Both the position numbers and the translations under genes were made by a program. 64,000 bases of DNA from an uncultured Alphaproteobacteria bacterium (lineage in GTDB: Bacteria > Pseudomonadota > Alphaproteobacteria > HIMB59 > GCA-002718135): the NCBI GenBank assembly GCA_902574475.1, contig CACGNZ010000003.1:17798-81797 (forward strand), written 5' to 3'. The first letter of the stretch is position 1. Every line of letters starts with the position of its first letter. Shown piece by piece: positions 1-8,364 of this stretch. Below the pieces are notes generated by a model. That model saw nothing but the letters and a program-made list of their open reading frames with translations. It did not search any database and was not told the DNA's origin.

Positions 1-462
1 AATCAAGGAGCTGACATAATTGTTCAGCATACAGATACATATGCTCCTTGCCAAGCTGCTCAAAAAGCAGGTGTTTATGCATTTGGTCAAGCTTCAAACC
101 AAGAAGAATTTTGTCCTGATGCACATTTAACTTCAATTGAAGATATTTGGGGTCCTTACTATGCTGAAAGAGCAAAAGCTGTTGTGGACGGCACTTGGTC
201 TTCTGGTGATACTTGGGATGGTATGGATAAAGGTATGGTTGTAATGTCACCATATAATACTAAACTTATGCCAGCAAGTTTAATTCAAGAAGCAGTAAAT
301 ATGGAAGTTGGAATTAAAGATGGAACTATTCATCCTTTCACGGGTCCAATTTACAATCAAGCTGGTGAGCTTGTAGTTCCTGAAGGTGAAGTGGCGCCTG
401 ATGGAATGTTACTTGGAATGAACTTTTATGTTCAAGGTATTGACGGCGAAGTACCACAATAA
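1..462 (+). CDS. BMP-family (nucleoside-binding type) ABC transporter substrate-binding protein, C-terminal fragment; 5' end lies outside the window
   Basis: Frame 1 is open from nt 1 (NQGADIIVQHTDTYAPCQAAQKAGVYAFGQAS...) and runs into tracked ORF 184..462. The sequence resembles the C-terminal lobe of BMP/PnrA-type binding proteins. Stop TAA at 460-462. Confidence 0.65.
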   Translation, partial: NQGADIIVQHTDTYAPCQAAQKAGVYAFGQASNQEEFCPDAHLTSIEDIWGPYYAERAKAVVDGTWSSGDTWDGMDKGMVVMSPYNTKLMPASLIQEAVNMEVGIKDGTIHPFTGPIYNQAGELVVPEGEVAPDGMLLGMNFYVQGIDGEVPQ

Positions 463-478
463 TTAAAATTCTTATAAC

Positions 479-504
479 CCTCTCTCTTTTAAAGGGAGAG
501 GTTT
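479..504 (+). terminator. Candidate rho-independent terminator after the BMP gene
   Basis: Hairpin CCTCTCTC (479-486) / GGGAGAGG (494-501): 8 bp including one G-U, with 7-nt loop TTTTAAA, followed by TTT. It is the only G+C-rich hairpin I noticed in an intergenic spacer. Confidence 0.4.
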
Positions 505-529
505 AATTCTTAATTTCAAAGGAAGATTT

Positions 530-1033
530 ATGTCTGATTTACACATTAGTTGGGACGAATATAGAAGTAAAACAGAAGATTTAGCAAAACAAATTCATAA
601 GGATGGATGGAATTTTAATCAGGTTGTATGCATCGCAAAAGGAGGTATGAGAGTAGGGGATGTAATGGCAAGAATATTCGATGTTCCTTTAGCAATTCTT
701 TCTGTTGAATCATATAAAGGTGAGGGAGTAAAAAATAAAAGAGGAGCAATCACATTTTCAAGAGATTTAGCAAAAACAAGTCCTAACATTGGATCAAAAG
801 TTTTAATAGTAGATGATTTGGCAGACTCAGGAATTACTCTAAAAAAAAGTATTGATTGGTTAAATCATACTTATGGTTTTTATATAGATGAACCAATAAG
901 AACTGGAGTTTTGTTTTATAAGTCAGTATCAACATTTAAACCAAATTATTATGTTGATTACTTAGAAGACTCTCCTTGGATACATATGCCCTATGAAGTT
1001 TATGAAACTATGAAACCAGAAGAGCTTGGTTAA
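530..1033 (+). CDS. Purine phosphoribosyltransferase, Gpt/xanthine-guanine PRT-like
   Basis: PRPP-binding loop VLIVDDLADSGITL. Size (167 aa) and layout resemble E. coli Gpt. Confidence 0.8.
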   Translation: MSDLHISWDEYRSKTEDLAKQIHKDGWNFNQVVCIAKGGMRVGDVMARIFDVPLAILSVESYKGEGVKNKRGAITFSRDLAKTSPNIGSKVLIVDDLADSGITLKKSIDWLNHTYGFYIDEPIRTGVLFYKSVSTFKPNYYVDYLEDSPWIHMPYEVYETMKPEELG

Positions 1034-1707
1034 AAAATCGAAGTAATTTCTTCAAATTTTTTCTTTTGTTTTGCAAATTTTGGAACTGTTGCTTTTTTAT
1101 CTGGTCGTCCTACAATAAGTAAAACAAATGGTTTTTCATTACTAGGTCTCTTTAAAATTTTATTAAGAAATGTCATCGGACTTGGTGTATGTGTTAACAT
1201 TGCTAAGCCAGAAAAATGTAAGCAACTAATTAATATTCCAGTGGCTATGCCTACAGACTCTTTTACATAATAATTTTTTATTTTTTTATTTTTTGAAACT
1301 GAAAATTTTTTTTCAAATATAGCTATTAGATAAGGTGCATTTTCAATAAATTTTTTATTTTCATCAGTTCCTAAAGGATTTAACGCATCTAACCACTCTT
1401 GAGGAGCTTTGTACTTATAAAATTTTTCTTCTTCTTTTTCTGCCTGTACTCTAATCTTCTTTTTTACAGTTTTATTTTTTATTACTACAAAATGCCAAGG
1501 TTGGAGATTTGCCCCGCTTGGAGCTGATCCTGCAGATAAGATCGCATTTTTTATGATATTTATATCAATTTTATCTTTTGAAAATTCGCGTATGCTTCTT
1601 CTCTCTTTAATATTTTTGTAAAAATTTTTTGAATTAATCTTCATTTCTTTGATAGTTTGATTTGAAAATTTTAAATCTTCAGCTATGTATTTTTTAACTT
1701 TATGCAT
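1030..1707 (-). CDS. Nitroreductase-family flavoprotein, iodotyrosine-deiodinase-like subgroup
   Basis: RRSIREFS, SAPSGANLQPWHFVVI and an EEEKFY segment followed by APYLIAIF, typical of the IYD/BluB branch of the nitroreductase fold. Confidence 0.75.
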   Translation of the reverse strand: MHKVKKYIAEDLKFSNQTIKEMKINSKNFYKNIKERRSIREFSKDKIDINIIKNAILSAGSAPSGANLQPWHFVVIKNKTVKKKIRVQAEKEEEKFYKYKAPQEWLDALNPLGTDENKKFIENAPYLIAIFEKKFSVSKNKKIKNYYVKESVGIATGILISCLHFSGLAMLTHTPSPMTFLNKILKRPSNEKPFVLLIVGRPDKKATVPKFAKQKKKFEEITSIF

Positions 1708-1890
1708 TGGTTTATTATTATTTTTGGGATACTATTAATTTCCCTATCAATTAGTAACCCTTTATATAAACTAATTATAAAAAAGCGAATAAGATTAAAT
1801 CTTTTCATTGAAATACTGCTCAGGATAATATTATTTTTAGTTAGTATAATTATTATTTTTCTAGGTTTGTACTTAGAGAGTATTTTTTAA
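1702..1890 (+). CDS. Hypothetical small membrane protein (2 predicted TM helices)
   Basis: 62-aa hydrophobic ORF filling an otherwise 179-nt gap between two minus-strand genes. There is no recognisable motif and it could be an A+T-rich chance ORF. Confidence 0.3.
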   Translation: MHWFIIIFGILLISLSISNPLYKLIIKKRIRLNLFIEILLRIILFLVSIIIIFLGLYLESIF

Positions 1891-2219
1891 TATCTTCTTA
1901 TATTTCTATCAATTAATGCGGCCCATGCATCAATTCCACCAAGTACATTAACACAATGATTATAACCTTGTGCTTTAAGCCATTTACATACAGCTTGGCT
2001 TCTTGTACCGGTATGACACATTACAAAAATATTTTTTTCCTTATCTAATTCAGTGTATCTTTTAGCAATTTCTGAAAGTTTCATGTGTATTGTACCTTTA
2101 ATATGAGCATGATCTCTCTCAGTATCTTCTCTTACATCTATAATTTGAATTTTCTTGTCATCTTGTTTAAGTTCATTTAACTGATGAACTGTTATTTCAC
2201 TGCTACTGTAAAAATCCAT
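1887..2219 (-). CDS. Rhodanese-domain sulfurtransferase (single domain)
   Basis: Active-site loop CHTGTRS; IIDVREDTE and GGIDAW flanking motifs. Confidence 0.85.
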   Translation of the reverse strand: MDFYSSSEITVHQLNELKQDDKKIQIIDVREDTERDHAHIKGTIHMKLSEIAKRYTELDKEKNIFVMCHTGTRSQAVCKWLKAQGYNHCVNVLGGIDAWAALIDRNIRRY

Positions 2220-2328
2220 AATATTATCTTATTATAAATACTACTAGATTTCTACTATTTTAAATAAAATTAATTTTAAAAATTAAATTTGTTATTTCTA
2301 AGATTTTCATGTATGACCGCAAATTATT

Positions 2329-2628
2329 ATGTCAAAAAAAATAACCTTTTCAGCTTTTGGTAGAGATTCATATTATCACAGAGATTGGTTCAAAAAAAAT
2401 GGTTTTAAATTTGATAGAAGTTCTAGAAAATGGACCGTAGAAAATTTACCAATAGATAATGCTGAAGAATTTGCTAGTTATTGTAGAAAATACGGCTTAA
2501 CATTTGAGCGATCTGATAGAATGATTACAGAGTTTGATTATGCGGACTATCTTTGGGATGGAAGAAGAGATGAATTCATGAACCCTTCTGAAAACATTGA
2601 AATTCCTCAGCCAAAAAACAAAATTTAA
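2329..2628 (+). CDS. Hypothetical protein
   Basis: 99-aa ORF with ordinary (non-hydrophobic) composition, preceded by a 109-nt spacer. Contains KKNGFKFDRSSRKWTV, reminiscent of the DUF5710 K-x-x-G-x-[RK]-[WF]-D...K-W motif (from memory). Confidence 0.5.
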   Translation: MSKKITFSAFGRDSYYHRDWFKKNGFKFDRSSRKWTVENLPIDNAEEFASYCRKYGLTFERSDRMITEFDYADYLWDGRRDEFMNPSENIEIPQPKNKI

Positions 2629-2631
2629 TTT

Positions 2632-3549
2632 TTGTTTAATAAATTACTATCAAATAATTTATTACTTTTAGTTATTTTAGCAGCTATTTGGGGATCATCT
2701 TTTTTTGTTATTAAAATTTGTTTATCTAGTTTTACTCCTACAAGTATTGCTTCTTTAAGATTAATTATTGCATCTATATTTTTAATTATTTTATATTATT
2801 CATACAATAATCAGCCTAAATTAAATCTTGATTTAGTTATAATTCTTTCTTTTATTGGAATTACAGGAAACTTTTTACCATTCTATCTTATTAGTTGGGC
2901 TGAACAATATATTCCTTCTTCAACTGCTGGTTTACTAATGTCAGTTGGTCCTCTAATTACATTACTTATGTCTCATGTGTTAACATCAGATGATAAGTTT
3001 ACTCTGATTAAATTTATATCAATTATTATAGGTTTTGTGGGTATTATTTTTATTTTAGACATAAGTAAATTTAATTTTCAAGATGAAAACTACATTAGTA
3101 CCGTAGCAAAAATATTTGTGATCATAGCTGCATTTGGTTACATGATTTCAAATATTGCTGCTTATAATAAATTAAAGAAATTAAGCCCTATTTCAATTAC
3201 AACTTTTGCTACATTATTTGGAGCAATAATATCATTACCTTTCTTAATTTATGATTTTATAAATTATGAAACTAATATTAATAAAATTTCTATAATTTCT
3301 ATTATTTACTTAGGTGTTTTTCCAACAGCAATTGCATTTCATATGAGATATCATATAGTTAAACAATCTGGTCCAGTCTTCCTATCTTACGTTGCTTATT
3401 TAATTCCTGTTTTTGCTTTAGTATGGGGATTCATATTCCTTTCTGAAAAAATAGTATTTAGTTCAGTAATTGGAATTATTTTAGTTTTTATTGGCCTTTT
3501 TGTAGGTCAAAAAAAATCAATGAGTAAAATACCCGTAAAAAACGTATAA
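2632..3549 (+). CDS. DMT-superfamily (EamA-type) transporter
   Basis: About 10 TM segments with two EamA-like halves. TTG start 3 nt after the upstream stop. Confidence 0.8.
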   Translation: MFNKLLSNNLLLLVILAAIWGSSFFVIKICLSSFTPTSIASLRLIIASIFLIILYYSYNNQPKLNLDLVIILSFIGITGNFLPFYLISWAEQYIPSSTAGLLMSVGPLITLLMSHVLTSDDKFTLIKFISIIIGFVGIIFILDISKFNFQDENYISTVAKIFVIIAAFGYMISNIAAYNKLKKLSPISITTFATLFGAIISLPFLIYDFINYETNINKISIISIIYLGVFPTAIAFHMRYHIVKQSGPVFLSYVAYLIPVFALVWGFIFLSEKIVFSSVIGIILVFIGLFVGQKKSMSKIPVKNV

Positions 3550-3647
3550 TACTAATAATACAGCAATAAAAATAGACACATTTTTGAAGTTAAAGTATTT
3601 CATTTATAGTTGAAATTTAATATTTTATAGTCCAATATACTTTTATT

Positions 3648-5012
3648 ATGAGTGACTCAATTAAATACTTACTAGAAGAAAATAAAGCTCCAAAGTTTTG
3701 GTATAATATTAATGCTGACTTACCAAGTCCACCACCACCACCTTTACACCCTGGAACTAAACAACCAGCTGGTCCTGATGACTTTGCGCCTTTATTTCCA
3801 ATGAGTTTAATTATGCAAGAAGTTTCTACTGAAAGAGAGATAGAAATTCCTGAACCTGTAAGAGAAGTATACAAGCAATGGAGACCTTCTCCATTATTTA
3901 GAGCAAGAAGATTAGAAAAATTTTTAGATACACCAGCTAAAATTTATTACAAATATGAAGGTGTTAGTCCTACCGGAAGTCACAAACCAAATACTGCAGT
4001 CCCACAAGCATTTTTTAATAAAGAAGAAGGAATTAGTAAAATATTTACTGAAACGGGCGCTGGTCAATGGGGAAGTTCATTAGCTTTTGCAGGTCAAATC
4101 TTTGGTATAGATATTGAAGTTTTTATGGTTAAGGTTAGTTTTGATCATAAACCTTACAGGAAATTAATGATGCAATCGTTCGGTGCTAACTGTCACGCTA
4201 GCCCATCTAAATTAACTGATTTTGGTAACAAGTTATTATCAGAAAATCCTGATAACCCTGGCAGTTTAGGTATAGCTATATCAGAAGCAATAGAAGCAAC
4301 TGTTAAAAGCGGAGGTAAGGCGAAATACTCACTTGGAAGTGTTTTAGGTCACGTTCTAATGCATCAAACTATAAATGGTAATGAAGCTATTATGCAAATG
4401 GAGATGGCTGGAGATTATCCTGATATAATTGTTGGCTGTACAGGTGGTGGTAGTAACCTTTCTGGATTAATGTTTCCATTTTTAGGACAACAGTTAAGAG
4501 GTGGTCAAAAAATTGATATAATTGGTTGCGAGCCTGCATCATGTCCTTCATTTACTAAGGGTAAGTATGCTTATGATCATGGTGATATGGCAAAAATGAC
4601 TCCATTAATTAAAATGCATACTCTTGGATCTGATTTCTTACCGCCGGCTAATCACTCTGGTGGATTAAGATACCATGGCATGTCTTATCATTTAAGTCAC
4701 TTATATGAGTTAGGTCTGATGAGAGCAAAGGCTTACGGTCAAAAAGATTGTTTTGAAGCTGGTTTAACTTTTGCAAAACAAGAAGGAATTATTCCTGCTC
4801 CAGAAGGAAACCATGCAATCAAAGGTGCTATTGATGCAGCTTTAGAATGTAAAGAAAAAGGTGAGTCAAAAACTATTCTCTTTAATTTATGTGGTCATGG
4901 ATATTTTGATATGTCGGCGTATGATGATTATCTAAATGGATCAATGGCAGATGATGTTATTGATGATGATGGAATAGGTAAATCTATTTCTCAAATACCA
5001 GAAGTAGCGTAA
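3648..5012 (+). CDS. trpB2: TrpB2-type (TrpB-like) PLP-dependent enzyme
   Basis: 454 aa. PLP-lysine motif TGSHKPNTA, N-terminal PPPPPLHPGT segment and GCTGGGSN loop, typical of stand-alone TrpB2. Confidence 0.85.
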   Translation: MSDSIKYLLEENKAPKFWYNINADLPSPPPPPLHPGTKQPAGPDDFAPLFPMSLIMQEVSTEREIEIPEPVREVYKQWRPSPLFRARRLEKFLDTPAKIYYKYEGVSPTGSHKPNTAVPQAFFNKEEGISKIFTETGAGQWGSSLAFAGQIFGIDIEVFMVKVSFDHKPYRKLMMQSFGANCHASPSKLTDFGNKLLSENPDNPGSLGIAISEAIEATVKSGGKAKYSLGSVLGHVLMHQTINGNEAIMQMEMAGDYPDIIVGCTGGGSNLSGLMFPFLGQQLRGGQKIDIIGCEPASCPSFTKGKYAYDHGDMAKMTPLIKMHTLGSDFLPPANHSGGLRYHGMSYHLSHLYELGLMRAKAYGQKDCFEAGLTFAKQEGIIPAPEGNHAIKGAIDAALECKEKGESKTILFNLCGHGYFDMSAYDDYLNGSMADDVIDDDGIGKSISQIPEVA

Positions 5013-5058
5013 TTTAAGTTTAAATTTTTTTTTATTTAATTAAAGGTGTTTCTTTATT

Positions 5059-6273
5059 ATGGTTGAAATTAAACCTTTCAAAGGAACACGCCCTTATAAC
5101 GAAGATGCCAAAAATTTAATTGCTCCTTCTACTGATCATTTAAGTATTGAAAATATAGAAATATTTAAAAAAAATAATTATTGGAATTACTTAAAAATTT
5201 TAAATCCTGTTGGACAATTAAAAGAAGCCGATACTCTTTTAGAAGCAAAATCTCATTTTAATGAAATGAAAGAAAATGATGTAATTAAAAAAGATAAAGA
5301 ATTGTTTTATTACATTTATCAAATTGAATTTAAAGGCCACACTCAACTAGGATTTCTATCTCTTTCTAAAATCTCAGATTTTGTAGATGATAAAATTAAA
5401 GCACATGAAAAAATATATGAGACAAGGATGAGAGAAAGAGCAGAGCAAATGTTAAATATAAAAACGCAAATTGGTCCTATTTATGTAGTATATAAAAAAA
5501 ATAATAAGATAAAAGATTTGTTATCCTCAATAATATCAAATACTCCAGATTATGATTTTGAAAGCTTCGATAAATCCATTCATAAACTTTGGTGTGTTTC
5601 TGATAAATCATTTATCGAAAAGTTATCATCTGTTTTTATAAATGAAGTTGACAATTTTTATATTGCAGATGGGCATCATAGAATGGGGGCGATGAAAATT
5701 ATTGGAGAATTAAATTATAATAAAAATATTTTACAGGAAAATTTTATGATAGCGGCTTTTCCAAGTGATGAAGCTAAAATATTTGACTATAATAGAGTTG
5801 TTAAAGATTTAAATGGTTTGAGTGAAGATAAGTTTTTAGAAATTCTTTCTGAAAACTTTGAAATAAAAAATCAAAAAAATCCATTCAAACCTCAATCAAA
5901 TAAGCAATTTGGAATGTATCATGAAAAAAAATGGTATTCATTGTATTTTAAAACTAAATTAAAAACTGATAACTTTGTTGATACATTAGATATTAATATT
6001 TTAAACAATTTCATTTTTAAAAAACATTTAAATATTTCTGATGTTAATAATGATGAAAGAATAAGATTTATTGCCGGATGCCATGGTTTGGAAGCATTAG
6101 AAAAAAAAGTTGATCAAAATAATGATAGTGTGGCATTTTCTATCTTCCCATCTTCAATAAGTGATGTTATTACAGTCGCGAATAAAAATTTGACTATGCC
6201 TCCTAAATCAACATGGTTTGATCCAAAACCTTTAGATGGCTTAGTAGTTTATGAGTTTGAAAAAAGTATATGA
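5059..6273 (+). CDS. DUF1015-family protein (function unknown)
   Basis: 404 aa with IADGHHR motif and N-terminal KPFKG(T)RP, both characteristic of DUF1015/COG4198. AAAGGTG RBS at 5042-5048. Confidence 0.75.
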   Translation: MVEIKPFKGTRPYNEDAKNLIAPSTDHLSIENIEIFKKNNYWNYLKILNPVGQLKEADTLLEAKSHFNEMKENDVIKKDKELFYYIYQIEFKGHTQLGFLSLSKISDFVDDKIKAHEKIYETRMRERAEQMLNIKTQIGPIYVVYKKNNKIKDLLSSIISNTPDYDFESFDKSIHKLWCVSDKSFIEKLSSVFINEVDNFYIADGHHRMGAMKIIGELNYNKNILQENFMIAAFPSDEAKIFDYNRVVKDLNGLSEDKFLEILSENFEIKNQKNPFKPQSNKQFGMYHEKKWYSLYFKTKLKTDNFVDTLDINILNNFIFKKHLNISDVNNDERIRFIAGCHGLEALEKKVDQNNDSVAFSIFPSSISDVITVANKNLTMPPKSTWFDPKPLDGLVVYEFEKSI

Positions 6274-7433
6274 ATAAACCTAATACTAAACCTAACAACC
6301 CAAATTTTTCAAGTGGCCCAACCTCAAAAAGACCAGGCTGGGACATATCTGCTTTGAGTAATGCTTTAACTGGTAGATCACATAGATCTGTTGAATGTAA
6401 AGCAAGATTAAAAGAAGCGATTGATAAATCAAAAGATATTCTAAAATTACCTGATGATTATTTATTGGGTATAATGCCTGGATCAAATACAGGTGCTTTA
6501 GAAGCAGCTATGTGGTGCTTATTAGGTAAAACAGGAGTTGATATTCTTGCATGGGAAAACTTTGGTAAAGATTGGGTAATAGATGCAATTAGTGAATTAA
6601 AATTAGATAATTTAAATATTCATGAAGAAGACTATGGTAAACTACCTGACCTTTCCAAAGTCAATTTTGACAATGATGTTATTTTTACTTGGAATGGAAC
6701 AACATCTGGTGTCAAAGTTCCTAATGGAGATTGGATTCCTGATGACAGAAAAGGCCTAACCATTTGTGATGCTACTTCAGCAATCTTTGGTATGCCTATA
6801 GATTATAATAAATGTGATGTTATAACCTGGTCTTGGCAAAAAATACTTGGAGGAGAAGCTGCGCATGGAATGATAGCAATTTCTCCACGTGTTGTTGAAA
6901 GATTAGAAAGTTTTACACCTAGTTGGCCAGTTCCAAAATTATTTAGATTAGCTGAAAAACAAAAATTAATAAAAGGTATCTTTGAAGGAAACACAATTAA
7001 TACACCTTCCATGATATGTGTTGAGGATATTATTGATTCATTAAATTGGGTCTCTTCTCAAGGAGGATTAAATTCATTAATTTCTAAATCCCAAAATTCC
7101 TTACAAAAAATTCGAGAATGGATTAATGAGAGAGATTGGGTTACTTTTTTATCTGAAATTGAAGATGAGAATTATATTTCAAATACTGGAATAACTTTTA
7201 AAATTATTGAAGATTGGTTTACTAATAAAGATGAAAGCGGTCAAAGAGCTGTAATGGCTGATATTTGCAAGTTACTTTCTGAAAATAATGTTGGATTTGA
7301 TTGTAATGGATATCCCAAAGCACCACCTTCTTTTAGAATATGGGCTGGAGGAACGGTTCAAACTTCAGATGTAGAATTAGTTTTACCTTGGATTGATTGG
7401 GCTTATTCAGAAATTAAATCAAAACATGCCTAG
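6270..7433 (+). CDS. serC: Phosphoserine aminotransferase (alphaproteobacterial/Methanosarcina type)
   Basis: N-terminal NFSSGPTSKRPGW plus the 387-aa length typical of the serC_2 type. ATGA overlap with the upstream gene. Confidence 0.85.
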   Translation: MNKPNTKPNNPNFSSGPTSKRPGWDISALSNALTGRSHRSVECKARLKEAIDKSKDILKLPDDYLLGIMPGSNTGALEAAMWCLLGKTGVDILAWENFGKDWVIDAISELKLDNLNIHEEDYGKLPDLSKVNFDNDVIFTWNGTTSGVKVPNGDWIPDDRKGLTICDATSAIFGMPIDYNKCDVITWSWQKILGGEAAHGMIAISPRVVERLESFTPSWPVPKLFRLAEKQKLIKGIFEGNTINTPSMICVEDIIDSLNWVSSQGGLNSLISKSQNSLQKIREWINERDWVTFLSEIEDENYISNTGITFKIIEDWFTNKDESGQRAVMADICKLLSENNVGFDCNGYPKAPPSFRIWAGGTVQTSDVELVLPWIDWAYSEIKSKHA

Positions 7434-8364
7434 AGTACTAATATCAGATCCACTAGATAGTATCGCATCTGAAATTTTAACAAAGAATAATATTTCAGTT
7501 GATACAAAAACAAACTTATCTCCCGAAGAATTAAAAAAAATAATTGATAATTATGATGGTTTAATCATTCGTTCAGCAACTAAAGTGCGAAAAGACATAA
7601 TTGATTCTCTTTCAAATTTAAAAATTATAGGTAGGGCAGGAGCAGGAGTAGATAATGTTGATGTTGAAGCTGCTAAAAATAAAAATATTATTGTAATGAA
7701 TACTCCAGGAGGCAATACAAATGCTACAGCAGAACATACAATTGGTTTAATTTTTGCATTACTAAGAAAAATTACTGCTGCAAATGAAACAACTCATAAG
7801 GGTCTTTGGGAAAAAAAGAAATTAAAGGGAAATGAAATTAAAGGTAAAAAAATTGGTATCGTAGGTTTTGGTAATGTAGGCAAAAGAGTTGCAGAAATAT
7901 CTAATGTATTGGGAATGAAAGTTTCAATATTTTCTTCATATTTTGAAACAATTAAGGATAGCTTTCCTGAATATAATTCTTGTTCTATCGATGAGATTAT
8001 TAAATATTCAGATATAATTTCATTTCACTGTAAACCCAATAAGGATGGTAACCCCATTATGAATAAAAATCATTTATCAATGATGAAAAAAAATTGCATA
8101 ATTATCAATACTGCTAGAGGTAACTTAGTTGATGAAGATGATCTTAAAAATGCTCTAGAAAAAAAAGAAATTCAAGGCGCTGCATTAGATGTTTTTAAAA
8201 ATGAGCCTTTGGAAGAAAGTGGGTTTTATAATTTAGATAATATAATTTTAACTCCACATATTGCTGCTTCTACTGATGAAGCACAAATAGTTGTAGCAGA
8301 AATGGTCGCTAATCAACTTGTTGAATTTTTTAATAATAAAAAAATAATAAATTCAGTTACTTAA
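7426..8364 (+). CDS. serA: D-3-phosphoglycerate dehydrogenase, catalytic domains only (no ACT/ASB regulatory domain)
   Basis: MPRVLISD start, GRAGAGVDNVD, GIVGFGNVGKRV Rossmann motif. The tracked ORF starts at TTG 7393, but ATG 7426 gives the canonical SerA N-terminus. Confidence 0.8.
   Translation: MPRVLISDPLDSIASEILTKNNISVDTKTNLSPEELKKIIDNYDGLIIRSATKVRKDIIDSLSNLKIIGRAGAGVDNVDVEAAKNKNIIVMNTPGGNTNATAEHTIGLIFALLRKITAANETTHKGLWEKKKLKGNEIKGKKIGIVGFGNVGKRVAEISNVLGMKVSIFSSYFETIKDSFPEYNSCSIDEIIKYSDIISFHCKPNKDGNPIMNKNHLSMMKKNCIIINTARGNLVDEDDLKNALEKKEIQGAALDVFKNEPLEESGFYNLDNIILTPHIAASTDEAQIVVAEMVANQLVEFFNNKKIINSVT

Noticed and set aside
3617-3874. 85-aa minus-strand ORF overlapping the 5' end of trpB2. 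The same class includes 6292..6486, 6803..7012, 8691..8906, 14756..14983, 16055..16240, 17052..17339, 18809..18994, 26956..27141, 28094..28276, 33777..34016, 36458..36646 and 37550..37735.
   Set aside because: All lie entirely or almost entirely antisense to, or out of frame within, strongly supported genes. Their composition is low-complexity or skewed and they carry no motifs. They are typical shadow ORFs of an A+T-rich genome.
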